Assembly: GCF_009914755.1 (NCBI RefSeq)
Contig: NC_060932.1
Source of the DNA: the human T2T-CHM13v2.0 reference genome, Homo sapiens
Reading direction: 5' to 3' (one strand)
DNA length: 64,000 bases
Of the stretch, positions 11,929 to 24,895 are shown piece after piece; the stretch's first letter is position 1, and each line of letters opens with the position of its first letter. The position numbers and the translations under genes were made by a program. Below the pieces are notes generated by a model. The model did no database searches. It was not told the origin of the DNA and saw only the letters and a program-made list of their open reading frames with translations.

Positions 11929-12448
11929 ATTGACAATATATTTCAGAATTCTTAAGGTTTGCTCCTCATTATTCTGTGATGTGCAGTACTATTCATAACA
12001 GAAAGGTCTGATAATTAGCTGCCTTGGGATGTTCTAAAGGTGAAGCCACTCTCCTGCAATGCATCTTGCAAGAGAGATTAGTGATGTAGACTGGAGGTTG
12101 GCATGTGACAGAGACTGTTAAGGACAAAAGCAGATTGATAACAGTGAAAGCTGCTGCTTGGACAGGTTCATGGATTTAGAGAGCGACCTCCCCGCCATGG
12201 GAACTGGATCCCTATGAAACTGTGGCATGAACTACAATGAGATGAAATTACCTCAGAGAAAAATCTGAAGGCACATTTGAGGGTTGGGACATTGCTTAGG
12301 AAGCTGATTACCAAAGACAAAAACATTCATGTGTATAGTGGGAGAATGGGAGATAGGTTACTCTTTAAATAGCTAGTTGGCATTGTCATTGAAGTTTGCC
12401 TTACTGGAAAAATTATGCAGCTATTTCTCTTTTCAGTTTTATACACAT

Positions 12449-12451
<3 letters not shown>

Positions 12452-12490
<39 letters not shown>
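12452..12490. repeat. (CA)19 microsatellite
   Basis: Read directly from sequence. Confidence 0.97.
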
Positions 12491-12491
<1 letters not shown>

Positions 12492-13679
12492 ATATATTCT
12501 GGGGAAGAGGTGTTTTATTTTCCTTTTGTATCATGATTTCATAGACCCTTATATTCTCTAAGAGATCTGGGCTTTCAGCCACATTCCCATAGGATTCTGG
12601 AATTTTTCCCTCTACCCTCAGCCTGCCCCATCACCCAAGTGTGATTTTTGTGATTCTTGTGTTTCTCTAGTGTCTCACCAACTGTATTTCTAAAGCTTGG
12701 TCAGTGTTCCATCTTGGATTTCTTGTTTTGCCACTTGTGATGGCAATTTATAATAAAACCAAGATATGACCTGTTTTGTATCCAGCAATGAAACAAGTTG
12801 GAATCTGCCTGTGATGTGCAATGTGCCTTCAATGAAGGGGCAGCTGTGATGTGAATGGATCTTGGGGGAGAGAAAGGACCTTAATTTCTCTTCTCTTTTC
12901 CCATGGATATAAAACTTTGTTATGGTAAACTAAACCTCTGATATCATATGCAACCGCTGGCATTCTAGATTGTTTTAATGGCCACTCCTTATTGCTTCAT
13001 GCTAAGCGTTACCATCTGTTTCTTTCTTAATTATAAATGCAGCAGGAATTCACAATTACATCAGTAACGGTGGAAATAAAATGGAGTTAGAGGCTTTCTA
13101 CTTAACACAAGGCAGCCTTCCTCTAATATTTTTCTTCTGTTACAGGCATTGGTCAGAGAGGAGACTTTTTCAGTGGTTTTCTTTTCCCTCTCTTCAGTAT
13201 ACTTACCATGAGAATGTCATGCTATAAATTCAGCAATTTCCTTTTAATGAGAGGGAGAGCTGTGTTTATTTTCTGTCCATGGAGCTGGGGATGTGTGGGC
13301 AGCTCTTTCTCACAGTATTGGAAACCAGTGGTGTGACTGTCCTGCTGTTATTGGCCTCTGTTTTTGTGAAAACAGATGAGTTATAATAGCCCAATGACAT
13401 GAGTCATGTCATCCCCCAGAGGAGAGCTGGGAGTGGACATCTAAGAAACTCTGGTAGCCAGCCTGCCTGTCTGTGAATATATGGGAACATTTATACAGGG
13501 AGGTGATATAAAAGCTGAAGACATGTTTAACCCAGATTACTTAGGCTTTTATTTTTCATTAAGTGGAAAAACTAATCAAATTTCAGACTCATGAAATTTT
13601 AGTGCTAAAAGAAACCCTTATAAATCACCTTGATCAAAGCTGTAGTGACTGCCCTTTCCTTTGTGTAGTGCTCGACCAG

Positions 13680-13868
13680 GTTGAGCACGGGATTTGGAGT
13701 CAGCAGAACAGGTTTGATTCTGAAGCCACCACCATGGACTTTGAGTCCTCTTCACTGAGTTTTTAGTGTCAGTTCTCTTTATCCATGACAGGAGACATGA
13801 TGCTTCTTATGAAGCCTATGTTTGGATTAAATGAGAGGGAACAAGTAAATCCTAGCCATTGTGTGGCC
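13680..13868 (+). mobile_element. MIR SINE
   Basis: 'gttgagcacgggatttggagtcag...ggtttgattctg...ggattaaatgaga'. Confidence 0.65.
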
Positions 13869-13899
13869 GGTCTGTGGGGTTTTTTTCCCCTTCTTTCCA

Positions 13900-14035
13900 T
13901 TCACATTTATGATAGATGAAGAGATATTGGTCCAGAGAGGTTAAATGCCTTGCCCAATATGATACATCTAGTTCAGGGTGGACCTGAAGTAGAAGTAGTT
14001 TTAAAACTCTATTTCAAGGCTTTTGCTTACTATGT
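13900..14035 (-). mobile_element. MIR SINE fragment
   Basis: 'atagatgaagagatattggtccagagaggttaaatgccttgcccaa'. Confidence 0.65.
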
Positions 14036-14169
14036 CATATCTAGACCCTTTGCTACCTTTCTCCATCCTTGTCACCATTGTACAAGGATATGTACTTTTG
14101 CACAATGAATAACCACAATGGTTATCATGTGTATGATACTTTTTAAATCTGTAAAGTACCTTTTAAAAT

Positions 14170-14650
<481 letters not shown>

Positions 14651-15624
14651 CACTCTATACTAGATGGACTCTTACTGTTACACCAGTACATGTAGGAGAG
14701 GACTGAAAGATGCAGTAAAAAGAAATCGATATTATTATCTATAATTTAATAGTTGTAGTTAGGACTTTTTATGATGTGAATACTATAAGACCAAAACCAT
14801 TTTCTTGAATTATATTAATATTTTAGCGATCCACGTGCTTTTTACCCACCAGAAGGTTCCCCTGGGTAAGTAAAGAGGTGGAGCAGGAGAGAGCAGGTTT
14901 GCACCGAAAGTAGTTACAAAACAAAACAAAACATATAAGACATCAACCACAAGAAGCCCTTGCTCCAAAATGCAAATGACTTATTTGCTACTTCAAAAAT
15001 GCACCTCATCAATGAAGGGATCATTTGATCATTTGTTCCTGCCAAGTTTATGTTTAGTCCAGGAAGGGTCAGGCTGGTGCATATTCTCACCCAGGGGTCT
15101 GAGAGCACAGTGGCAGGTGTGAAAAGAGTCTTTGGGCCTTGCACTTGCCTTTTCATGCCAATGCCCTCATCCAAATAAGAAGTCCCCTTTGCACTTTCCC
15201 AGCTTCTAGGCCATATGTTATGTCTGTTTCTTAGAGGGTGATTCAATGATTCCTGGTGATAATGACATCACACTGAGTTTTACTTACATCCTGTTTCTCT
15301 TGTATAATGCCCATGCTCCTCTTGTCATGCGGTCCTGAGCCATCAGGGCCCACTCTATAAAGCTTCCTGAAAATCAGGCCTTCCTGGCAACAAAACTAAA
15401 TCTTTTAATCTCAGAAACCCTACTACTGACCATGTATAGAAAACCATGCAAATTTAAAGAATGTAAATATTGACATTCTCAGGTTTTCCCATGTAACCTG
15501 ATTTAGTCTGATTTCCCTATTATTTCTGCCATTTCTGTGGGCATTTTACTGAAGCCAGGTTTTATAAAGCAGCCCAGAAGCAGCATCGTTCATAAGGTAA
15601 GGGCACAGGCTGTAGTATCGGCCA

Positions 15625-15780
15625 GACCTTTGGTCGAGTTCTGGCTGTGCAGCTTGACTGTGTGATGTCAAGTAAGTTCTCAGAGCCTCCCTTTCCCCAT
15701 CTGTAAAGTGATGATAACGGTGCCCACCCATTAGCTGGTGCTGTGAGGATCGGATGAGCTACCGCATGCAAAGTGCTTAA
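15625..15780 (+). mobile_element. MIR SINE
   Basis: 'ctcagagcctccctttccccatctgtaaagtgatgataa...gctgtgaggatcggatgag...gcaaagtgctta'. Confidence 0.8.
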
Positions 15781-18700
15781 TTACAGGACAATGTTTTGCC
15801 TTTCTGACCCCCCAGAACCAGATGAATGATTCATTTGTGATGTTTTTCTCTTATTAGGAAGCTTTAGCTGGACAAAGGTCATTCAGGATTATTTTAACAT
15901 ATGAAATGCATTTGTTTTATTGAAAGAGATTAGAAATGTTATTTTGAAAGTTTTATACCTTACTTTAGAAGTCAAGTCTTATAACATTAGTAGGTTTTCA
16001 CTTCAGGTTACTTTCATGTTCTGTCTTTTCACTGTGAGCAAGGTGGTAAGAAAGCCATTCTTTCTATTGTCTTGTATGCGAATGTGAATATATCCTCTAT
16101 GTGCCAAATACAACTTCGTGAGCATATTGTTTGTTTTAATGTAGCCTTTTAATGTCAGAAAAAAAGTCTCAAAGTTCTAGTATAATAATAATGATTAAAA
16201 TGCTTATTAAAGAGCACATTAAAAGATAAGGCTATTTTGAGGACTCAGGGGCATATAAACAGGTTATTATTTTTTCATAGATGTATTAAATCAGACATGT
16301 GCTAGCCAAATGTCTGACCTTATATAGGTTTTCTTCAGAGTTTTACAGAAATAATGCTAAAATAAAGGAATGTGAATTCCTTTGCCAGTTCTTTGAAGGA
16401 AATGGTAGAGTCTGACCTACCTCGAAGGAGTATTAAGAGAAACAACCTGGTTATATTGCTGGAGGCTTAGAGTCTTTAAATAGTCTCAGAGATCAAATCT
16501 CCCTCGGCTACATAGAATGATTCCATACGCTTTCTTCTGAAACTTCCTCTCTATCTCTAAATGGGGCCATTTTGAGCCCCTCATGAGGAGGCGCAGTGGA
16601 AGAAAAATGTTCTGCTGAGCAGAATCTGCAAGCCATGCCACATGCAGACATCTCATCTGATAATGACATTCTCACTCTGTAGAGGCCAGGACCAACTGTG
16701 TTATCCTCTTTCTCCTGCTCCTCTCCTCCCACCTCACACATGCACAAGCACCTGTCAACCAACATCCTCATACCCCTTCTTCTCTTAGAAAGGAGGGGCT
16801 TCAAATAATATTCTAGGGGGAAAGGTCCCATGACTCTCTGATAAGAAGAGGAATCCTTTAATTCTACTAAACATGCAAAAGCATTGAGCAAGCAATTAGG
16901 CAACCATGTATATAGCTCCAGATGTCCCATACATATGGACAATTGTCCACACTGCTGGTGGGGCTGGCAGCATTTTAAAAACTGGTTACAACACATATGG
17001 TCCTTTGCTTTTTGCTCTGGCATCTGAAGTCTTGCTAATCCAAACACATCATCGCTGTGGTACTTCCAGCACAGTAAATACCTATCTGCTCTCAAGTTAC
17101 AAATGCGGTGTGCTTCCCTAGCTCAAGGTTGTGGGTAAATTAATTCTTAAATGAAAGTGAGAGGCAGGGAGCTTTGCAAAGAGAAGAAGCATGTTAGGTG
17201 TAGGAAGAGGAAATTAAATGGATTGGACTCTCCTCTATCTTTTCAGTGTTTTGGCCCTCCACCCATTAAAAGCTTTCAAGCTTTATTGGATGATAGTTTC
17301 TAATTCCCCTTCTAGCCAAGGCTCCAAGGTATGATTTCAGGATGGAGAGTAAATTCTTTGTGTTTCCCATCTCTCAGAAAAATTGCTTATCAGCTAAAGT
17401 TTTCGAAGAGTCAGTTTATGGGAAGCTATTTTGGTTGTCTAGCTACTTATGTTATCATTATTCAGTCTAAAGTCTTGCCTATTGCTGAAAACTTTATGCA
17501 AAACAAGATATTGTGGTTATTTATTTCTTAGCCATTGCTTTGTTGTTTACACACCCACATAATTACCTTGAACACCACAGGAAAAAAATTGCAAAATAAT
17601 ATTTCCTAAACACACTTTGGGTTTACAAAGTGATTATAAATGGCTTTTAAAGAAAGTAATTCTTGTTCATTTCATTGTATTCAAGCTTCTCTACTTAATT
17701 GTGCTGTGTGTGTTGGAGGATTGTGGTGGTAAGTTGAGATATGTAGACAAAACAGATTTTGTCATTTTTTTCAGTAGACAAAATTATAATAGTGTGGAGA
17801 TACTGTCATTTTAAAATTAATCTGAAAAACATTTATTGAGTACTTTCAATATGTCATCAGACAACTTCACCTGTCTTTGCGTATGAAGTTTTTGTTTGTG
17901 TTTTGCTTCGATTAGTTTTGTAAAAGGAGACAGCAACCCAAGGACTTTATAGCTATAAAAAGGCAAGGGTGGTTACTACAAGCTAAATATGAGAAAAAAA
18001 CAGTTTTGATTCATTCCTTGAATGCCTCCATCACAGAGCAGTTTTTAGCAATGGAAGTAAGATTGTGAAAGGAAAAGAACAGGGCCCTTTACAGAGCTCC
18101 AGGAATCCTTTTGTGGTACTTTCAGCAAGTATTGGTGGTAGAAAATTAATAGATATAATAAACACTGTGAGGTTGGCTGGCATTTTATCTATCCCTTGAA
18201 CAGGTTTAGGAAATATAATTGACTTGTGTCCACAAATCTGAAATACAATTTTTTTGTGTGTAATAGTAATTTTCCCTGCAGCTTTGGCATTCTTTTTTCC
18301 ATTAAACGTCTCAGTTTTCAGTGAGGGGAATACATCCTTGGTCCTACTTTGTCATTTTGGGATGATTTATTTTAAAATTACAGTAAGGGACTTTGTTCGG
18401 AATTCCACTAGGCTAATTTCAAACCCAGTTTGCTGACTCCAACTCGCCATAATGTTCCCCACCTCCAGCACACCGAACAGGAAGTGGCATACTCAGATGC
18501 CAGGAACAAGGCGATTGCTCAGATGGAATAACACTTGGCAGTTTGGAAAAATTTGTTGATGTAAGCTGAAATTGTAGGTTAGATACTGACTTGTGGGATA
18601 CATTTCTGCCAATTATGGTCCATTGTACAGTCAAAAATGGGAAAAATTACTTACTGCAGCTGGCTTTTTGGCATTGAAATCACTGATGGAATAATCAGAG

Positions 18701-19507
18701 GGAAATCTTCTAAGTTATCATAAAAGATGGATTGTGACACAGGATGTCAGTTTCCAGGGTTATCCGTTTTACCTGCCTCACATGACTGGAAAGCTTTTTG
18801 TTTAAGGAAAGAATCAAAGAGCCAGAGAACTGTTGAGCACTCCTTGACACTGACTTGCCCAATGATAACTGATTCCTACAACTAGCCTTCCTGTCCTGCT
18901 ACTTCAGGGGCCTATGTTTTTAAGAGCTGCAGCCTTGGGAAGATTTTTTTTCCGTGCCTCTCCTGTGTCCAAAGCTCCTGAAGCATCTGTAACTTCCTAT
19001 TCCAGGAGTGTACACATTCTGTAACTAGAAGCCTACAGCTGTAATGCTGAACACCAAAATAACTACAGTTGATCACTGGAAACATGCCTAAGGCTGAACA
19101 TAATTTTTCATTTTCATTCATGGATTTGTACATATTCTAAAAAAAAGTTCACTCTGAAAATAATATTTGCATAAAAGGAAATAAGAGAAAACATACTACC
19201 CACCCATGTAGAGCAAATGAGCTACATCTCTTTATTGATGAATTTTAAGTCATTTGGGTTTTTCCATACTTATTTCTCATTGAATGCTCCTTTTCCAGAA
19301 GACCTCACAGTTGTCTGACTGTGTCCTCCATCACAGTCCTCCCAGTATTCAGGACAGATCTTAGGATTCCTCTCTTGAGGGTCACGTATCCCTGCTTTGT
19401 AATTCACCTCCTCTGTCCTCTATTTCAGGATGCTCGGCTCTAAATACACTGCTTGCCTCAACCTTCCCTTTGGATTGTAAGTTCCTTAAAGGAACTTAGG
19501 CAGCCGA

Positions 19508-19948
19508 TGTTTCAGCCTCCCCAGAATCTGCCTCCTCTTTTTCTGGAAATAGTACCTTAATTACTCAAGAGAACCTCCTCTCCCACTTTGCATACAGGCC
19601 AAGTGGCATCCCAATTAAGATTTTCTTCTCGTTTCTGCCTGGAGGTGATCACATGATTCAGTTGAGGCTATCCAGATTATCTCTGCCCTGAGAATTTGAG
19701 CTTTGAGTAGAATCCCTGTAAGAATGGAAAAGAGAGAGATCTGATTCCTCTTAGGAGAGTTTTCTGAAGAGAAGGCAGGATATCCTGCTGCTTGCCTTGA
19801 CTTGCCTACTTCCCTTCCTTTATAAGCCCCGGTTGAGTAGCTTCACTTTAGAGTATGCGAGTTGACGCATATCTTGCCAATACATCTTTTAATTTTGTCC
19901 CAGTTGGCCCAAATTGGTTGGTTTTTGTTGACAAAGTATCCTAATACA
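19508..19948 (+). mobile_element. Old MLT1-type solo LTR
   Basis: 'ttctggaaatagtacc...gatcacatgattcag...' with an MLT1-type end 'aatacatctttt...aaagtatcctaataca'. Confidence 0.55.
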
Positions 19949-20196
19949 GCCTCCATCTTCCAGTTCCTATTTATGTGTCATGATGATCTGAAGCATTTCA
20001 AAAGAATAGTGAAGGTTATTGCATAAGATTCAGAAAGTTCCAGTATTCAATGGGATCATAGATATGAATTAAACCAAAAAATATTCTTTATTATACAACT
20101 TTATTTCTTCCCAGAGTTTTAGAAATGTGTGAGTTTAAAATGGAGAGTTCGAGCAGGAAATAACTGGAAATTCATGACCATTATCTTTAAAAATGA

Positions 20197-21765
20197 TTTT
20201 TTAAAAATTTTAGAATAGTTTTAAATTTACTGAATTTTTGTAAAATAGTACAGAGTTTCCATATAGCCCACACCCAGTTCTCCCACTATTAACATTTTAC
20301 ATCAGTATGGTAGATTTGTCACAATTAATGAACAAATATTGAATATTTTTAACTGAAGTCCATAGCTTATTTAGATTCCTCTGTTTTTCCTTAATATCCT
20401 TTTCCTGTTCCAGGATCTTATACAGGGTACCACACTACATTTGAAGTCACATCCTTTAGGCTCCTTTTGGTGTGATAGTTTCTTAGAATTTTCTTGTTTT
20501 TGATGGCCTTTACAGTTTGGAAGAGCATGGTCAGATATTTTGTACCATGCTTCCGATTGAGATTTGTCATATGTTTTTCAAAAGTTTAGACTGGGGTAAT
20601 GTGTTTTAGGGAGGAAGACCACAGAGGTAAATTGCCATTCTCATCATCACATCAAGGGTGCAAACTATCAAAATGCTTATTGCTGTTGATGGTAACTTTG
20701 ATCACCTGGCTGAGGTAGTGTTCATCAGGGTTCTCTTTCTTTTTTTTCCTCCTTTTACACATTGCACTCTTTGGAAGGAAATCACTACACTGTGTGTAGC
20801 CCACACTAAAGAGTTGGAAGGTGAGAGACAGACAGGTACAAAGAAAGAGGCAGTTATTAATTCCAGGATTTAAAAAAACAAGATGGCATTATACTCCACC
20901 TCTTTAAGGGTGTAGTTTGTATATATATATTATCCATAATTCTTCCACACAGGAGATTTATCTATTTTCCTTTTTTATTTTATAGCTTATTTATATTAAT
21001 GTAGATACATGAATACTTATTCTATAAGTACTGGTTATAATCTAGTACTAGTTTATTTATTATGTTGCTCAAATTGTTACAGCCTTGGCCATGGCCATTG
21101 GGAACTCTTTCAGTGGCTCTTGTGTCCCTTTGGCATACTCCCATTGTTGTGGGGTTTTTTGGTTTTTGGTCTTTTTTAGCCCTTCCTTACTTTCTGGCAA
21201 CACAAAATGCTCTTGGCTTATCTCTCATACTTCCTGCTCCAGTCCTAGAATCAGCCATTTCTCCAAGGAACCCTGGTTCTTTTTAGTGGAGAATGGCATT
21301 AAAAATATGTATCTGGTGTTAGTTATGCTCATTACACCTAGAGTGTCATTGCTTCTAGGTCTTCTCAGCTGAAAGAACAAGAAGATGTATGTGTGTATAC
21401 TAACCCATCTGTATACACATATCTATAAGTATTTCTCTGTGTAATCATTTGTATCTATTAAGATAAACATGAACACATACTGATATCTCCAACTCTAATC
21501 TTTCACCACATTCTAACTTTGTCCTCTTGCTTTTCTGTAAGATCCCAATAGTGAAAATCTGGTTCCCTTCACCCACCATTCATTGTCCAGTTCCAGCATA
21601 GATGTATTGTTTCAGAATTGTTAACTCATACTCCTGTGGAGAACAGCTGTATCAACTAGAGTACAGTGCTTATAGTGCAGTTACTGTTACCTTTAGCCGT
21701 ATAGAGTGTACTCTTAGTGTACCTTATTCCAACCCCCTGCAGTGACGTTGTTTCATACTGTTCTC
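20197..21765 (-). mobile_element. L1MC-class LINE 3' region
   Basis: Recalled L1MC3/4 3' UTR motifs: 'aatagtacagagtttccatatagcccacacccag', 'ggaggaagaccacagaggtaaattgccattctcatc', 'tagaatcagccatttctccaaggaaccctggttc'. Confidence 0.8.
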
Positions 21766-23592
21766 TTTAAAATTATGTTTTAAATTTATCCAGGGGATAA
21801 TGCATAGCTAAAGATGACAATTCGTGCTGATAGGCTTATAATAAAAACTAGCAGCCCCTTTCTCTCACTCCTTCTGCACCTTTACCTGTTCCCCAAGAAC
21901 AACACTTTCAACTCTTTTAGCTGTTCACATCAATTTGTCTAAAATCTAAATAATGTACTTTACAGCTTGAGATATCAATTTTAAACATTATACATTGATT
22001 TCCTATTATTGTAGGTAAGGATTTAGCTTTATTGTACCTCCTTTCCCTGACCTATTTCTTTACAACATAGTTATTTCACATTTTTTATTAAATCAACATT
22101 TAGTGTTTACATTGCTTTCCTGTTTGTTTTTTTAAATCCTGGGACCAATAATTGACTCTTTCTTTGTACCCATTTCTCACCCTATAAGACTTTTCCCACA
22201 TGATCAAACTTACCAGACAGTATCCAGTTTCTTCTTACTCCTAGTTCTTACTTCCCAGGACCCTCTGTTTACTCAGGCTGCTTCATTGAGTGTATTTATG
22301 CATAGCTAGGAATAGGGCTGCTGGTGTCTGGGAACTGAATGGGGAAGGAGACTAGGTGGGTGGGGGGTTCTCATTGTCTTCTATGTAGGCTTTCATTTCA
22401 CCTCCTTGTTCTTAGATTGATGTCTCACCTCACCTCACCTTCCACTGTGCCCAGGTCACTAAGTCACAAGCCTTTCTGAGTCACTTACAGTGAGACTGAT
22501 ACTACTATCTCCTGGCATTGGAAGGATGTGGGTTTCAGTTGCCTCATTGGGCATGAAGGGCTTAGGGACCTAAGGGTGTATATGCTTTTCATACTGCTTT
22601 CTAAAAAACTTTCTGCTTTCAACCCTATGACTTACCCTGCTTTAGTGGTATGTGGTACCTCTAATTCCTGCACCTTCCTAAGGTTCTTCGCAGTAATGCA
22701 TTTGTTTCTCTCAGGTATACCCTAAGATTGCCCCATGGGTACATAAGTTACTCTAGCTTTACTGTGCTGAGTCAGTAAGAATTCCTGTATCTGCTTGACA
22801 TCTTCATTTTGTGTGGTTCAGTGTTACAGATGTCTTTCGCCTTTTTTTTTGTGCTGTTGGTTGTTGTGAGAGGTGATTGTGGAAAGAAAAGGGTGTGCCA
22901 AGTTAAACCTGAAGTCCCATACCTGGTCTACATTTTGTATGACCACACTAAACTCAGCTCATGCGACCTCTTTGGAGAAGGTACTCCTGAATCTTCCAAA
23001 GTAAATTTCTTTGTCTTTGGCTTCCACGTCATTCTGTCTGTGGCACATGCCATACTCTTGTCATTTTCCCCACTAGACAATAAACACATCTAGGGCAGGA
23101 ATCATATCTAACTAACTAACGTATGTGTACTGTGAACTCTGTGCTGCTGACTCTACTAGATATCCTCAATGTGTACTTACTTAAATCTAAGAATTTGCTA
23201 CATTAATTGTAAACTAAAACCTCTGAGATATATTATGTTGCTCAGGTACCATCTGAGAAGTTATGTGTCAATGTTGGGCTGAAACTAGAATTTCACGTTT
23301 TAAAGCCTTAAACTGGTTTTATGTCCCACAACTATGCGGCCCCTGGAAGGTATTCTTGTGTGACCTAGAAAAGATTGGAAGAAATTGAGGATACTTCAAT
23401 TAGGGAGGTTCCCCAAATAACTTGATTTTTCTAATTAGATAGAGATATCTTTCACATTTAAAATTTTATTTCTGTGCAGATTTGCTGTGACTTTGGTGTG
23501 GCCTAATCTTTAGCAGTAATCACTTTAGCAGTGAAATTTAACTTAGAAGTCCAGTTAGGGTTAAGATAAAAAGGCCACATGAGGTAACAAAT

Positions 23593-23812
23593 GAGAATAT
23601 GTACTCTGGAGTTATACAGATCTGAGTTTGAACTTTAGCTCCTTCACTTACCAAATAAATAAGTCATCAACTTCTTTCAGCCTCAATTCATCTATGTTAA
23701 AATTGGGATAATAGCAATACAAACATTATTGGTCTGTATGAAGATTAAACAATATAAAATATGTAAAACAGCATAATGCCTGGTATGTGGTAAGCTTTCA
23801 ATAAATGTTACC
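23593..23812 (+). mobile_element. MIR SINE
   Basis: 'ctctggagttatacagatctgagtttgaa...cagcctcaattcatctatgttaaaattgggataatag...ttcaataaatgtta'. Confidence 0.8.
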
Positions 23813-24273
23813 TTCATTTGTTATATATATCATGACAGTTAATACAATGCTGAGCGAATATTTGATGATTCTCTGAAATAACTTGAAAAAGTTTAGTGAA
23901 AAAATTGGGGGATGGAGGGGTTGGGAACTGGGCACAGACAATTCAGCCATCTAAGGAAGCAGTGGCACTTTCTTCACTGAGCCCTATTAAATTGAAAGAT
24001 TGTGTTCTAGCACCAGGGAAGAGTAGCTATATGAATCATTTCTTATGATCTAAAGTCCATTAGCTACTCCATTTAGCTGTTAATGTTGCGAGGCCATTGG
24101 CGGAAATAAATATGTTATTTGGTAATGGACTTGTTTTCTTAACAATTATAATATATTCTTTCCAAATGCTGTAATTTAATTCTGCCATTCTGCTAATTAG
24201 TCAGCCGATCAGCCTTCAGCATTGTTTCAATATCCCACCCACCACATTTTTATATTAAAGCTCATTTAATTGG

Positions 24274-24665
24274 TGTTGTGGGTTGAATTCTGTTCCTCCC
24301 CAAATTCACACATACCCTAACCCCTAGTACCTCAGAAGGTGATCGTATTTAGAGATATTTCATCTTGAAAAGATTAAAATTAGGCCATTAAGCTATTAGG
24401 GTGGGGTCTGCTTCAATGTGACTTATCAGAAGAAGAAATTTGGACACACAAAGGGACACTAGGGGCATGCAGAGGGGGACCACCTTGTGAAGAGACAGAG
24501 AACAGGCGGCCATCTGCAAGCCACAGAAAGAGACCTCAGAAGAAATCAGCCCTGCCAACAGTTTGATCTTCAACTTGAAGCCTCCAAACTGTGAGAAATA
24601 CATTTCTGTTGTTTAAGCCACCCTGTCTGTGGGATTTTGTTACAGCAGCTAAGCAAACTAATGTG
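24274..24665 (+). mobile_element. MLT1B-like MaLR solo LTR
   Basis: 'tgttgtgggttgaattctgttcc...ggccatctgcaagcc...gcctccaaactgtgagaaatacatttctgttgtttaagccacc...gcaaactaat'; TSD attgg/gttgg. Confidence 0.9.
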
Positions 24666-24729
24666 GTTGGCATTGAGGAGCAAAATTTAGACTGGAATTT
24701 CTGATTTATTTTATTCTGTATAGCTTATA

Positions 24730-24895
24730 AAGCACTTATCACACACGCCATTTGAACTTCACCCAATCCTATAAAGTAAGTGTTATTATTAACTCCCGTT
24801 TTACAGATGAAGCCATTGAGGCTCTGAGAGTCTACACAAACACATAGCTGCTCAGGGGGCAGGTGGAAATTGAACCTGGGCTATTTGATTTCAAT
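24730..24895 (-). mobile_element. MIR SINE
   Basis: 'cccgttttacagatgaagccattgaggctctgagag...aattgaacctggg'. Confidence 0.75.

Noticed and set aside
16936-16949. 14-bp perfect palindrome tggacaattgtcca
   Set aside because: About four such palindromes are expected by chance in 64 kb (64000/4^7).
16508-17095. Longest non-L1 ORF (195 aa, minus strand)
   Set aside because: Non-ATG start, no recognisable domain, Cys/Met-rich random composition; plausible by chance in 64 kb.
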